Origin: an uncultured virus (IMG/VR IMGVR_UViG_2687453479_000001)
Lineage: Duplodnaviria > Heunggongvirae > Uroviricota > Caudoviricetes
Strand: one strand, 5' to 3'
DNA length: 64,000 bases
IMG/VR virus record: IMGVR_UViG_2687453479_000001
Shown in pieces: positions 45,172 to 55,134 of the stretch (positions are counted from its first letter, which is position 1; every line of letters starts with the position of its first letter). A program made the translations under genes and the position numbers. The notes beneath the pieces are model-generated. The model did no database searches and was not told where the DNA came from. It worked only from the letters and a program-made list of their open reading frames with translations.

Positions 45172-45926
45172 CAAGCCGACCCCCAACACCGGTCCTGCCA
45201 AGGGCACGACTTGCACTCGAAGTGGGTGGGCGTGGTGGCGTGCCGGGGCAGCAGCTCGCCCGCCTCGGTGGCGGTTATGACATGCACGGCCCGGTCCGAC
45301 ATGCGCTGCGCGAGCCCGCCGTCGAACGGTACGAGCTCGAACCAGATCTCCTCGCTGTCCTTGTTGATGGCGGTGAACAGCGCGGTATTGCTCGCGATGC
45401 CCGGCACGGCGCCTTCCATGTAGGCCTGGTAGACGGCGATCTGCGCGGCATAGATCGGTTTGGCGCGCGCCACACCTTGCTTGACGGTCTCGCGCCAGGA
45501 CTTGTCGTTCATCGTCTTGCACTCCCACAGCGCGGGATAAGCAAGCTCGATGTCGGCAGGGCCGGCGGCGAGAATCCCGTCGACGTGCCCCTGGATGCGT
45601 CCGCCGGCCACCGAGAACCCGAACTGCTCGCCGTCAGCCCTGCGCGTGTAGAGCTCGAAGCCGGCCAGCCGCAGCCAGCGGATCGCGAGATCCTCCAGGA
45701 CATGGCCGACCTCGAACACGCGCAGCACCCGGCCGGGCAGCTCGCGCCCGGGATCGACCGGCGTCTGGGCGTACTCGTACTGCAGGGCGCGTTCGCAGGC
45801 GACGCCGAGGCGCGAAGCGCCAAGGTAACTGCGGGATACCTGTGCTGCCCGTTCGCGCGCCAGCGCTTCGTCGATGACAGCGTTGACGCGCTCGTGGAAC
45901 CTGGGGCGGTGGTTGTAATCGAGCAT
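45171..45926 (-). CDS. PD-(D/E)XK Cas4-like exonuclease
   Basis: GHVDG..WECK..Q..Y, CKSC. Confidence 0.78.
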   Translation of the reverse strand: MLDYNHRPRFHERVNAVIDEALARERAAQVSRSYLGASRLGVACERALQYEYAQTPVDPGRELPGRVLRVFEVGHVLEDLAIRWLRLAGFELYTRRADGEQFGFSVAGGRIQGHVDGILAAGPADIELAYPALWECKTMNDKSWRETVKQGVARAKPIYAAQIAVYQAYMEGAVPGIASNTALFTAINKDSEEIWFELVPFDGGLAQRMSDRAVHVITATEAGELLPRHATTPTHFECKSCPWQDRCWGSA

Positions 45927-45936
45927 CACCGCCTCC

Positions 45937-46293
45937 TCAAAACGGCACATCGTCGGGCGTGAGCTCCCGCAGGTTGTCGAAGTAGGCGGTGAGCACCACG
46001 TCGACCAGTTGCAGAACCTCCTCGCGCTTGTAGGCCGACAGCGGCCGGTCCATGCCAATCGACGCGACGTACTCGCCGAGGTGGGGCAGGACGGCCGCCA
46101 TCGCGGCCTTCTCGTTATGGGTGGGATCGATCACGACGCCGCCTCCCACCTTCAGTCGTTGCAGATGAATGTCCTGGCAGCGCATCGAGCAGAAGCGCTT
46201 GAACAGGGGCTTTCCGTCCGGCGCACGCGGGCCGTTCCTCGGCGAAAGCCAGCAGAAGCCGCGTCCCTCTCGTCCGCAGATCGCGCATATCAC
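45937..46293 (-). CDS. Zn-finger protein (DUF6511-like)
   Basis: CAIC..FCSMRC. Confidence 0.65.
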   Translation of the reverse strand: MICAICGREGRGFCWLSPRNGPRAPDGKPLFKRFCSMRCQDIHLQRLKVGGGVVIDPTHNEKAAMAAVLPHLGEYVASIGMDRPLSAYKREEVLQLVDVVLTAYFDNLRELTPDDVPF

Positions 46294-47966
46294 GCCGCCC
46301 TCCGGTGTTCGTCGTTGGCCGCCAGCACGAGGCGCTGGATCGACGACTTGTTGAACTGGAAGGCGAGCAGTGCCGAGGCCTGATAGCGCGTGAGTCCGAA
46401 GTCGGCCCGCAGGGCAGGCGGCAAGTAGCGCAGCTGCTTCTCGGAGGGTGGCTCGTTGAGCCAGCGGCGGGTCTTGTGGGCGGTGTCGAGGGACTCGTTG
46501 TCGTTGAGCCAGTCGTCCGCCTTGGCCATGCAGACGGTGCGATCGCCGACCGCCAGCAGACGGGGCTGCAGATCCTTGCCGCCGCCGACCGCGTGCCAGC
46601 GGCCGTTGAGGAAAAAGATGCCGCCCCAGGCACCAAAGCCGGTGGCCATCAAGGCGTCGTCGCAGCCGAAGAGATCGCACCAGCGAAAGTTGGAGCGCTT
46701 GAGCAGATCGATCTCCGTCATGACGAAGTCGTCCAGCGCCTCTGCCTGCTCCGTTTCTTCGCGGGTCCATTCGAAGCCGCACAGGGGGCACTCGCGGCAG
46801 CCGAGCGGGACCAATGCTTCGCAGGAGGGGCAGTCCTTGGTCGGCGCCTCGCCCTGGCGCTGATGGCCGTCGAGGTTGGCCTCCTGCTCCAGCGAGCCGT
46901 GCATGAGCGTCGCCGTGCCGAAGTCGAGCACGATGCAGTCGGTCTTGACCACGCCGGGATGCTCGGCCGGATCGACGGTGCGCAGCCCACGACCGATCAT
47001 CTGGGTCAGCGTCGACTTGTGCGAGCTCGGGCGCAGCAGCACCACGCAGGAGGTGGGCGTGTAGTCGTAGCCTTCGGTCAGCACCGCCACGTTGACCACG
47101 ACCTGGGCGTCGCCGGTTTCGTACTCGGCCAGGCGGGTTGCACGCTCGGCATCCGACAGCTCGCCGTGGATCAGCACGGCGCGGATGCCGGCGACGACGA
47201 ACGCCTCGGCTACACACTGCGCGTGCGCCACGGTCGAGCAGAACACGATGGTCTTGCGCTCACCTGCCTTCTCGCGCCAGTGGCGGACCACCGCATCAGT
47301 GATCGGCGTCTTGTTGAGGATCGCCTCCACCTCGGTCATGTCGAAGTCGGTGGCGGTGCGCCGCACCTGCGCGAGGGCCGACTGCGCGCCGACGTCGATG
47401 ACGAAGGTGCGCGGCGGCACCAGATGGCCGGAGGCGATGAGCTCGCCCAGGGTGATCTGGTCGGCGACGTTGCTGAAGACCTCGCGCAGCCCCTTGCCGT
47501 CGCTGCGTGCGGGTGTGGCGGTGGCACCGAAGATCTGCGCCCGGGGGTTGCGCGACAGCACGCGGTCGATCACGCGCCGGTAGGAGGGCGAGGCGGCGTG
47601 ATGCGCCTCGTCGACCACCAGCAGATCGAGCGTGGGCATCGCGTCGAGATGAGCGTCGCGCGAGAGCGTCTGCACCATCGCGAAAGTGGCGCGCCCGGCC
47701 CAGGACTTCTCCTTGGCGTCGAACACCGAGGTGGCGAGGCCGGGATTGACGCGGCCGAACTTCTCCCGGTTCTGACCGGTGAGTTCGTCGCGGTGGGCGA
47801 GGATGCAGGCCTTTGCGTCGGGCTCGTCCAGCACGCTGCCGGCTACCGCCGACAGCATTATGGTCTTGCCCGAGCCGGTGGGACCGATGGCCAGGGTGTT
47901 GCCGTGCTGGTACAGCGCCGCGAGTGAGCGCTCCACCAGCAAGGCTTGACGGGGACGAAGCATCAT
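46290..47966 (-). CDS. SF2 DEAD/DEAH helicase
   Basis: PTGSGKT, DEAHH, TAT, QMIGRGLR, Zn ribbon. Confidence 0.9.
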   Translation of the reverse strand: MMLRPRQALLVERSLAALYQHGNTLAIGPTGSGKTIMLSAVAGSVLDEPDAKACILAHRDELTGQNREKFGRVNPGLATSVFDAKEKSWAGRATFAMVQTLSRDAHLDAMPTLDLLVVDEAHHAASPSYRRVIDRVLSRNPRAQIFGATATPARSDGKGLREVFSNVADQITLGELIASGHLVPPRTFVIDVGAQSALAQVRRTATDFDMTEVEAILNKTPITDAVVRHWREKAGERKTIVFCSTVAHAQCVAEAFVVAGIRAVLIHGELSDAERATRLAEYETGDAQVVVNVAVLTEGYDYTPTSCVVLLRPSSHKSTLTQMIGRGLRTVDPAEHPGVVKTDCIVLDFGTATLMHGSLEQEANLDGHQRQGEAPTKDCPSCEALVPLGCRECPLCGFEWTREETEQAEALDDFVMTEIDLLKRSNFRWCDLFGCDDALMATGFGAWGGIFFLNGRWHAVGGGKDLQPRLLAVGDRTVCMAKADDWLNDNESLDTAHKTRRWLNEPPSEKQLRYLPPALRADFGLTRYQASALLAFQFNKSSIQRLVLAANDEHRRAA

Positions 47967-47980
47967 GACGGCAGTCCCCC

Positions 47981-48577
47981 TTACTGCGCCCAGCTCGGGC
48001 GGCCCGAGACTGGGGCGCGACCGGTGGCCTGGGCGTAGGAGTTCGCCGTGGTGGATGCCGGGGAGGTGGCAGGCGCGCTACCCATCCGCGCGGCGTAGTC
48101 CTTGTGATCGGGCTGGATCGCCTGCTTGATGACGGCCTTGTCCTGACCGTGCTGATCCTTCTCCCAGTCGACCTTGCCGAGGAACTCGATACCGTCGAGG
48201 TCGGCGAAGCCGGCGATGCGCCGCGCGTTCTGGGCCTGGGGGCTGGCATCGCCCGGGTGGACGCCGCGCGCGGAGTTCAGGATCGCCTTGACGAAGGCGC
48301 GGCCCATGTTCGCCCACTCGGGGCCCTTGGGGCTGTGGAGGCCGATCAGCGACCACATTTTTCGGCGGGCGTACTCGCCCTCCATTACGACGAACTCGCA
48401 ATTGAGGTACACCGAGCCGGTGTTCTCGTTGCGGGTCGCGTAGCCGCCGGTCCAACCCTGGCTCGCATCGTCGAAGCCGCCGGGACGGATGGTCATGCGC
48501 ACGCGCACCAGCGTGCCTTTCGGGATCAGGTCGAACGAGGACTGCTCGTTGGCGTCGTTGAAATCGAAGTAAGTCAT
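47981..48577 (-). CDS. Phage single-stranded DNA-binding-like protein
   Basis: FDLIPKG..EFVV..GEYARRKMW, C-terminal PSW; follows AAA_24. Confidence 0.65.
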   Translation of the reverse strand: MTYFDFNDANEQSSFDLIPKGTLVRVRMTIRPGGFDDASQGWTGGYATRNENTGSVYLNCEFVVMEGEYARRKMWSLIGLHSPKGPEWANMGRAFVKAILNSARGVHPGDASPQAQNARRIAGFADLDGIEFLGKVDWEKDQHGQDKAVIKQAIQPDHKDYAARMGSAPATSPASTTANSYAQATGRAPVSGRPSWAQ

Positions 48578-48588
48578 GGCGTAGTTCC

Positions 48589-49446
48589 TTATTGCTGCGC
48601 GGATTCGGAAGGCGCGGGGCGCGCGAAATCGAGGCGTTCGAGAGCGGGGCGGGCAGGCCCGGCGATCTTGGTCATCAGCCGGCCGAGGTGCGGTTCCTCG
48701 ATCTGGTCGAGGCGCCCGGAGCGGTCCTTGGCGGGGTAGCCCCAGGGGTTGAGCGTGTGGCAGACGAAGGCGCGATAGGCGGTGCCGTCGTCCGCCTTGA
48801 GCTCGGCGAGCGTCACCACTTCGTCGACGATGCCGGGCAGTTCCAGCCCGGTCTTGGAACCGTCGATCTGCAGCTGGAAGACGCGGCGATTGAAGTCGTC
48901 GAGCCGCTCGTCGAGGATGCCGACGAACCAGACGTTCTTGCCCCGGGTGTGCTGCAGGTGGGTGAGCCAGGCGATCATCTCCTGGCCCATCAGGCCGTAG
49001 GCCCCGCGCGTGTCCGGCTTGCCCGTCTTCTCGGAGAAGGCCTGCGGCTGGCCCTTGCACCACTGCAAGCACAGACGCCCGGCGACGGTGATCGAGTCGA
49101 CGAACACGGTCTCGTACTTGTCGAGCACGGACGGATCGCCGACGCGGGCGCAGACGGCGTCGAAGTGCGCCTGGCTGAACGGTTGCTCGTCGCGCAGCGC
49201 CGGGTTCGGGCCGCCGATGAACACTGCGAAGTCGCGGCATTCCTGCCAGGTGCGCGGCCGGATCGTGTCGCCGGCCCAACCTTCGACGGCGAGATCGCCC
49301 GCCTCGAGGTCGAAGAACAAGGTGGCCTCGGGCGTCAGCGTCCAGAGCTGCGAGGTCTTGCCGATGCCGCTCTTGCCGACCAGCACGCCCTTGACGCCGC
49401 GCTTCTCGGCCAGGCGCTGGTCGGCGGAGATGATGGGGAGGTTCAT
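48589..49446 (-). CDS. AAA_24 (Sak4-like) ATPase
   Basis: GKSGIGKT, DLEAG, FVDSIT, AKDRSG. Confidence 0.82.
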   Translation of the reverse strand: MNLPIISADQRLAEKRGVKGVLVGKSGIGKTSQLWTLTPEATLFFDLEAGDLAVEGWAGDTIRPRTWQECRDFAVFIGGPNPALRDEQPFSQAHFDAVCARVGDPSVLDKYETVFVDSITVAGRLCLQWCKGQPQAFSEKTGKPDTRGAYGLMGQEMIAWLTHLQHTRGKNVWFVGILDERLDDFNRRVFQLQIDGSKTGLELPGIVDEVVTLAELKADDGTAYRAFVCHTLNPWGYPAKDRSGRLDQIEEPHLGRLMTKIAGPARPALERLDFARPAPSESAQQ

Positions 49447-49724
49447 GCGCGGCCCTCCGTGTCGGAAAAGGCCTGCTCGATGCGGTACGCGCCGAGTGCG
49501 CCGCGCTTGCGGGCGAGGTCGTAGAGTTCGCGCAGGGCATTCATGCGGCGGCTGATCGGTCGGAGCTCGTTTTCGAGGGCGATCACGGCGAAGGCGATCT
49601 GATCCAGGGTGGCGCTTTCGAGCGGCACCTCGACGCCATCCACGCGGACCGTAGCCGGCAACTCGTCCAGCAGGTAGGGATGCTTGTTCTTCAGCTTCTC
49701 GAGCAAAGTGCGGTTCTTGAACAT
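49443..49724 (-). CDS. Hypothetical protein
   Basis: GGAG RBS, coupled ORF. Confidence 0.65.
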   Translation of the reverse strand: MFKNRTLLEKLKNKHPYLLDELPATVRVDGVEVPLESATLDQIAFAVIALENELRPISRRMNALRELYDLARKRGALGAYRIEQAFSDTEGRA

Positions 49725-49729
49725 GGCGG

Positions 49730-50200
49730 TCACTCCTTCATCAGGGCGAGGCGGAAGCCGGGCTTGCCGGTCTTGAGCGTGCGGGCGGGCGCGAAGGCGC
49801 TCTTCAGCGACTCCGGCCAGGCGTTGAACTTGGTTTCCGAGACGCGATAGCTGATCTCGACGTACTCGGTCGGGTCCTCGCCGCCGTTGGCGATGCGGCG
49901 GACGACCTCGGCAAGCCGCTGCTGATCCCACTCGATCCGCTTGGGCAGGTCGGCGGTGATGCGCACATGGCCGTCATCGAAATGCACGACGCCGGTGTCC
50001 TTGCCGGCGGCCAGGCGCAGGGCATGGGCGCGGTCGGCGTACTTCAGGTCGAGCGCTCGGTCGATGTGCTCGACGATGGCGCGGGCCACCGAGAGCAGAT
50101 CGGCGGCATCGTTCTTCAGCTGAAACAGCGCCTCGCTTTGCAGCGCGGCGAGATCGCCGGCGGGCGTGGCGAGGACCTGATCGGGCGTGAGGCGGCTCAT
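49730..50200 (-). CDS. Conserved phage hypothetical protein
   Basis: GGAGG RBS, PKRIEWDQ, operon context. Confidence 0.7.
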   Translation of the reverse strand: MSRLTPDQVLATPAGDLAALQSEALFQLKNDAADLLSVARAIVEHIDRALDLKYADRAHALRLAAGKDTGVVHFDDGHVRITADLPKRIEWDQQRLAEVVRRIANGGEDPTEYVEISYRVSETKFNAWPESLKSAFAPARTLKTGKPGFRLALMKE

Positions 50201-50409
50201 GCGACACCTCCCGCGCTGGCGCGCTCGGAGGTGCTCTTGCGCAGGCACTCCGCTTCGTAGGACTCGACGTCCTCGACGCGGTAGAGCACGCGGCCTTGGA
50301 TCTTCAGAAAGACCGGCCCGATCCCTTCGGAGCGCCAGCGTTCCAAGGTGGCTTCGCTGACGCCCCAACGGTCGGCCAGTTGGCGTTGGTTGAGGTGTTT
50401 GATACTCAC
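50197..50409 (-). CDS. AlpA-like HTH regulator
   Basis: HLNQRQLADRWGVSEATLERWRSEGIGP. Confidence 0.85.
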   Translation of the reverse strand: MSIKHLNQRQLADRWGVSEATLERWRSEGIGPVFLKIQGRVLYRVEDVESYEAECLRKSTSERASAGGVA

Positions 50410-50540
50410 GGTTCGCTCCTTACGGGTTGTTGCGGAAACGTGAGGTCATTCTGGTTTTCAGGGGGTGGGCAAACCGGCGGGCAAAGCGGGCAGGATTGGC
50501 GGGCAGATCGTGCAAATCGGCCCTTCGTTGAGCCAGAAAG

Positions 50541-50574
50541 AAAAAGGCCCGGAGTTTTTGGCTCCGGGCCTTGT
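50541..50574 (-). terminator. Intrinsic terminator
   Basis: AGGCCCGGAG stem followed by T-tract on minus strand. Confidence 0.65.
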
Positions 50575-50597
50575 TGGGGGATGGAAATGCGGGGCGG

Positions 50598-50822
50598 TCA
50601 GCCGCGGGGCGGGAACGGGTCCTTGCCGTAGGTGTTGCGCTCGCGAATCTTTCCATCCGTGCCTTGGATGAACACCTCGCTGCCCTGGTTGCGCGCGATG
50701 TCGCGTGCGCGCTCGAAGGCTTCTTGTTGCGTATCGTGTACGGAGGTCAGGCGGTCGTTGCCTTCCCCCCGGACACCCCACTTGTCGCCGTTGCGGACGA
50801 CCCACTGGTTCTTACCACTCAT
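50598..50822 (-). CDS. DUF2188-like protein
   Basis: WVVRNGDKWGVRGEG..TQQEA..DGKIRERNTYGKDPFPPRG. Confidence 0.8.
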   Translation of the reverse strand: MSGKNQWVVRNGDKWGVRGEGNDRLTSVHDTQQEAFERARDIARNQGSEVFIQGTDGKIRERNTYGKDPFPPRG

Positions 50823-50887
50823 GTCATTCACCTCATCGAGATCGAAGTTGCACTGCCGGATGAAAGGATTGCGCTTCGTTGGGTGCA

Positions 50888-51844
50888 TCACCTCCTTTGG
50901 TCGTTGACGAATTCGGGTTTGAGCCAATAGTGGCCGTCGGTGTCGTGGGCGACGAAGGTGCGGTAGACCGCCTTGTGCCGCTTGAAGATGTCCGCGCCCT
51001 TGCACTTGTCGACATCGATCTCCAGGGCGTCGGCGATGGTGCGTTTGTGGACGGGATCGCCGGCAGCCCGCTGAAGCACGGAAAGAAAACCGCAGACTTG
51101 GGGTGACAGCGCGTGCCGCCCACCGTCGATCAGTGCGATGCGACCGGAGTGCATGAGCCGCAGGGAGGTTTCCGAATCCGGTTCGCCGATACCGACGGAG
51201 CCGTCGAGGTATGCGTCGAGATTTTCGATGACGAAGCCGGCCTTGCGGAGATGCGCCACGGCACGCAGCGGAACGATGAGATGGCCAGAAGCGTGGATGG
51301 TTTGAGCGACGTCAGCCGTGGTGGTGAGCAGGACGCCGCAGCCGGGTGCGCAGGCAGTGCGCAATCGATGGTCTATGGAGGGCATCAGGACCGGATCGTC
51401 TAGCTTCCGGCCGAAGAAGACAGTGCGCCGCTTTCGTCGATGTTCGATCTCGCCCAGGCGCCACAGCGCTGTCGGAACCAGCTCTTCGTGTTGATAGCGT
51501 CCCGCAAGGCCCAGGGCGGAGGCGAGCCACCGGACGATGCGCGTGGTGTCCACCCTGAGCCATGTCACTTGATCACTGGCCAGATCAACCCAGCCGCAGT
51601 CCGTGCAGTACCCCTGGCGGCGTCCTTGCTCGAAGCGAATCCCCTCCAAATCGCCCATTCCGCACCAGGGACAGAGGATGCTTGATCCGACACCATCACT
51701 CGCCCCGAGGGCACCGAGGTCGAGGAGATGCCGATAGGCATCCATCTGTCCGGAATACCGGGCGGCATCCGGATGGAGGTTTCCATCGGATTCCTCGACG
51801 AGCCCGCAGAGCAGGCCGAAGGCGATGTCGTTGCGTGCTTGCAC
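50888..51844 (-). CDS. Hypothetical protein with Zn ribbon and C-terminal wHTH-like region
   Basis: CPWC..CTDC; GGAGA RBS + GTG. Confidence 0.65.
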   Translation of the reverse strand: MQARNDIAFGLLCGLVEESDGNLHPDAARYSGQMDAYRHLLDLGALGASDGVGSSILCPWCGMGDLEGIRFEQGRRQGYCTDCGWVDLASDQVTWLRVDTTRIVRWLASALGLAGRYQHEELVPTALWRLGEIEHRRKRRTVFFGRKLDDPVLMPSIDHRLRTACAPGCGVLLTTTADVAQTIHASGHLIVPLRAVAHLRKAGFVIENLDAYLDGSVGIGEPDSETSLRLMHSGRIALIDGGRHALSPQVCGFLSVLQRAAGDPVHKRTIADALEIDVDKCKGADIFKRHKAVYRTFVAHDTDGHYWLKPEFVNDQRR

Positions 51845-51852
51845 GGCGTCTC

Positions 51853-52659
51853 CTACGCGACCAGGGCCAGTTCGACCTCGGTCGGTTCGGAAACGCGCCA
51901 CGCACGCAGGAGGCTCTCGGCGAGCTTGGCATCCTCCTCTCCCATGTCCTGGAGGTTGGAGATGCCAGATTGCTTGAGGTCGATGTTCAGTACGCGGCCG
52001 CGCTTGCCCACCTCGGCAGGGGCGAAGTAGATGCTGATAAGGGCCTCGACGATATTGAACGGACCGCGGAACAGGTCGTGATTCTTCAAGTGGGCGCTCG
52101 ATGCAGTGAGTGCGCAGGGTTCGGAGTGGTCCGCAGGTACGCCCACCCAGAAGTCGCAGACGGGCGCCTTGGTGCTCCTGAGTCGGGCTCGGCGAAGGCG
52201 GATGCGATCGATGCCATGGGCGGCGAGGTTGATGTCGCTGTCCTCCGGAAGGCCCAAGCCGTGCCGCAGCCGGTTGAGATAGAACATCGGCTGCTTCACC
52301 GCCTCGGGCTTGACCTCCTGCTTCAGCAGGTGGCGAGCGAAGAGAGTCACCAGCGGTTGGTGAACCTTGGCGCCGCCCCGGCCGACGGTGTCGACAATGC
52401 CGGATGCGGGAAAGTAGACCAGCGCGAGATTGGTCGCCGGGCGGGTCGTCCGGCGGCGCATGCCCTCCTCGACGAACTCCACCAGATCGTTAGGATCGTC
52501 CTCCACGTAGACGCTGATCTGCACACCGCCGTCCAGGTGACGGTCGCAGACGTCCACGTGGCAGGCGCGCCGCGGCCCTTTACGCTTGGAGAGCACCTCG
52601 GACAATGCGGCCTGCAACCCCTCGATATCGGCAGCCTCTCGGGACACCGGCTCGGTCAC
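51853..52659 (-). pseudogene. Hypothetical protein, probably 5'-truncated
   Basis: ORF begins at the junction with the DUF2924 remnant, no RBS. Confidence 0.55.
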
Positions 52660-52670
52660 CTTGATGGCTT

Positions 52671-52835
52671 GTCGCTACCGCCGATGGTCAGTACGAATTC
52701 CAGGGGCGCACCTTCGCCAGCCTTTCGATGATCGCCCGCGAGATCACGGGCACACGGTGGTCCGGTCCGCTGTTCTTCGGACTCAAGCCGTCGGCCAATC
52801 CCAAGCCTGGCACCAGGAAGGGAGGCCGGCGATGA
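52671..52835 (+). pseudogene. DUF2924 3' remnant
   Basis: VATADGQYEFQGRTFASLSMIAREITGTRWSGPLFFGL, matches C-terminus of 8157-8618. Confidence 0.75.
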
Positions 52836-54187
52836 GCGAAGTCTTGAAGCGTCGCATGCGCTGCGCGGTCTACACGCGCAAGTCCACGGACGAAGGCCTG
52901 GACCAGGAATACAACTCCATCGATGCGCAGCGCGACGCGGGCCATGCCTACATCGCCAGCCAGCGCGCCGAGGGCTGGATTCCAGTTGCCGACGATTACG
53001 ACGATCCCGCGTTCTCGGGCGGCAACATGGACCGGCCGGCGCTCAAACGGATGTTGGCGGATATCGAGGCCGGCAAGATCGATGTGGTTGTCATCTACAA
53101 GATCGACCGCCTGACACGCAGTCTGGCGGACTTCTCCAAGATGGTCGAAGTGTTCGAGCGGTACGGGGTGTCCTTCGTCTCGGTCACACAGCAGTTCAAC
53201 ACCACCACGTCGATGGGACGGCTGATGTTGAACATCCTCCTGTCCTTCGCCCAGTTCGAGCGGGAGGTGACCGGCGAGCGCATTCGCGACAAGATCGCCG
53301 CCAGCAAGCGCAAGGGCATGTGGATGGGCGGCGTGCCGCCACTTGGCTACGACGTCGAGAACCGCCGGCTGGTCCCAAACGAAAGCGAGGCCAAGCTGGT
53401 CCGCCACATCTTCCGCCGTTTCGTCGAGCTCGGCTCCAGCACGATGCTCGTCAAGGAGTTGAGACTGGATGGCGTGACGTCGAAGTCCTGGACCACGCAG
53501 GACGGCAAGGTCAGGGAAGGCAAGCCGATCGACAAGAGCCTGGTGTACAAGCTGCTCAACAACCGCACCTACCTCGGCGAACTGCGCCACAAGGAGCAGT
53601 GGTACCCGGCCGAGCATCCGCCGATCATCGACCGGGAGCTGTGGGATCAGGCTCACGCCATCCTGGCCACCAACGGCCGGGTCCGCGGCAATACCACGCG
53701 GGCGACCGTGCCCTATCTGCTCAAGGGCATCGTGTTCGGCAACGATGGTCGGGCGCTGTCGCCCTGGCACACCACGAAAAAGAACGGGCGCCGCTATCGC
53801 TATTACGTCCCGCAACGAGACTGCAAGGAATATGCGGGAGCGTCCGGGTTGCCGCGCTTGCCGGCCGCCGAACTGGAATCGGCGGTGCTCGACCAGTTGC
53901 GCGCGATCCTGCGCGCGCCTGATCTCCTGGGCGCGGTATTGCCGCAGGCGATCAAGCTCGACCCGACCTTGGATGAAGCGCAGGTCACGGTGGCCATGAC
54001 CCGGCTCGACGCGATCTGGGATCAGCTGTTCCCGGCCGAGCAGAGCCGGATCGTCCGGCTGCTGGTTGAGAAAGTCATCGTGTCGCCCAACGATCTCGAG
54101 GTGCGGCTGCGCGCCAACGGCATCGAGCGTCTGGTGCTGGAGCTGCGTCCTGAGCCCGTCAAGCAGACGGAGGAGGCGTTGGCATGA
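52832..54187 (+). CDS. Large serine recombinase (integrase)
   Basis: YTRKST, KIDRLTRS, FAQFERE; paralog of 8615-9955. Confidence 0.93.
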   Translation: MSEVLKRRMRCAVYTRKSTDEGLDQEYNSIDAQRDAGHAYIASQRAEGWIPVADDYDDPAFSGGNMDRPALKRMLADIEAGKIDVVVIYKIDRLTRSLADFSKMVEVFERYGVSFVSVTQQFNTTTSMGRLMLNILLSFAQFEREVTGERIRDKIAASKRKGMWMGGVPPLGYDVENRRLVPNESEAKLVRHIFRRFVELGSSTMLVKELRLDGVTSKSWTTQDGKVREGKPIDKSLVYKLLNNRTYLGELRHKEQWYPAEHPPIIDRELWDQAHAILATNGRVRGNTTRATVPYLLKGIVFGNDGRALSPWHTTKKNGRRYRYYVPQRDCKEYAGASGLPRLPAAELESAVLDQLRAILRAPDLLGAVLPQAIKLDPTLDEAQVTVAMTRLDAIWDQLFPAEQSRIVRLLVEKVIVSPNDLEVRLRANGIERLVLELRPEPVKQTEEALA

Positions 54188-54615
54188 GCGACATCCGCAT
54201 TCAGAAGACCGGCGAGCCGGATATTCTCCAGACCAGCGACGGCAGGCTGACCCTGTCGGTGCCGATTCAGATCAAGCGGCGCAGCGGGCGCAAGCTGGTC
54301 ACGCTGCCGAACGGCGAAACTGCCCCCGTGAGGCCGTGGGATATGACACCGACGCCGCTTCAGTTGGCGCTGGCCAGAGGGCATCGCTGGCTGGCCATGC
54401 TGGAGTCGGGGGAAGCGAAGTCACTGAAGGAGATCGCCGCGCGGGAGGGGATCGACAACAGCTACGTCAGCCGGATGGTCAACCTGACCACGCTGGCGCC
54501 GGACATCGTAGCCGCGATCCTGGACGATACGCTGCCGAGCCACATCACGTTGTTCGACCTGGCGGTTGATCCACCGGCGCTGTGGGATGAGCAGCGGGAG
54601 AGAGTCGGACTCTGA
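54184..54615 (+). CDS. Recombinase-associated HTH protein
   Basis: IKRRSGRK, ALARGHRW, LAPDIV; paralog of 9952-10404. Confidence 0.72.
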   Translation: MSDIRIQKTGEPDILQTSDGRLTLSVPIQIKRRSGRKLVTLPNGETAPVRPWDMTPTPLQLALARGHRWLAMLESGEAKSLKEIAAREGIDNSYVSRMVNLTTLAPDIVAAILDDTLPSHITLFDLAVDPPALWDEQRERVGL

Positions 54616-54630
54616 GGCGGAAACTCCGCC

Positions 54631-55134
54631 TCAGCTCAACATGCTTTTGAGATCCTTGAGCATCAGGAACAGATGGTACGGATCGGTCGGGCTGGGCTCG
54701 AATTCCCAGGATTCGTACCACTGCCGCGCCGCGTCGTCCTTGGCATGGACCAACAGGCAGCGAATCCCGGCGATGTCGGCAGCCTGTGCGGTGCGCAGCA
54801 GGGCGTCTTTGAGCAAGGCCTGGCCCAGACCTTTACACTGATGCGCCTTGTCCACGGCGAGCCGAGCCAGGATCATGACCGGCACCGGGTGACGCGCCAG
54901 CCCCTTCATCACTCGCGACGGCGCGGCTTCCGGATCGACACTGCCGACCGCGAGGCTGTAGAAGCCGACCACCACATCACCCTGGCAGCAGACATAGGTC
55001 TGCGCGCTATTGGCCTTTTGGTTGATCAGCGCGTAGCGCTGCAGGAACTGGTTCAGCGCGGCCTGGCCGCAGTCGAACGCATCGACCTGATCCGTTGCAG
55101 CCAGCTTGCGAACGGGCGAGTAGTCATTGCTCAA
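54631..55134 (-). CDS. GNAT acetyltransferase toxin (TacT/AtaT-like)
   Basis: FDCGQAALN, LARLAVD..QCKGLG. Confidence 0.88.
   Translation of the reverse strand: MSNDYSPVRKLAATDQVDAFDCGQAALNQFLQRYALINQKANSAQTYVCCQGDVVVGFYSLAVGSVDPEAAPSRVMKGLARHPVPVMILARLAVDKAHQCKGLGQALLKDALLRTAQAADIAGIRCLLVHAKDDAARQWYESWEFEPSPTDPYHLFLMLKDLKSMLS

Noticed and set aside
45171..45926. cas4 of a CRISPR system
   Set aside because: Sits in a phage recombination/replication operon with no array or other cas genes.
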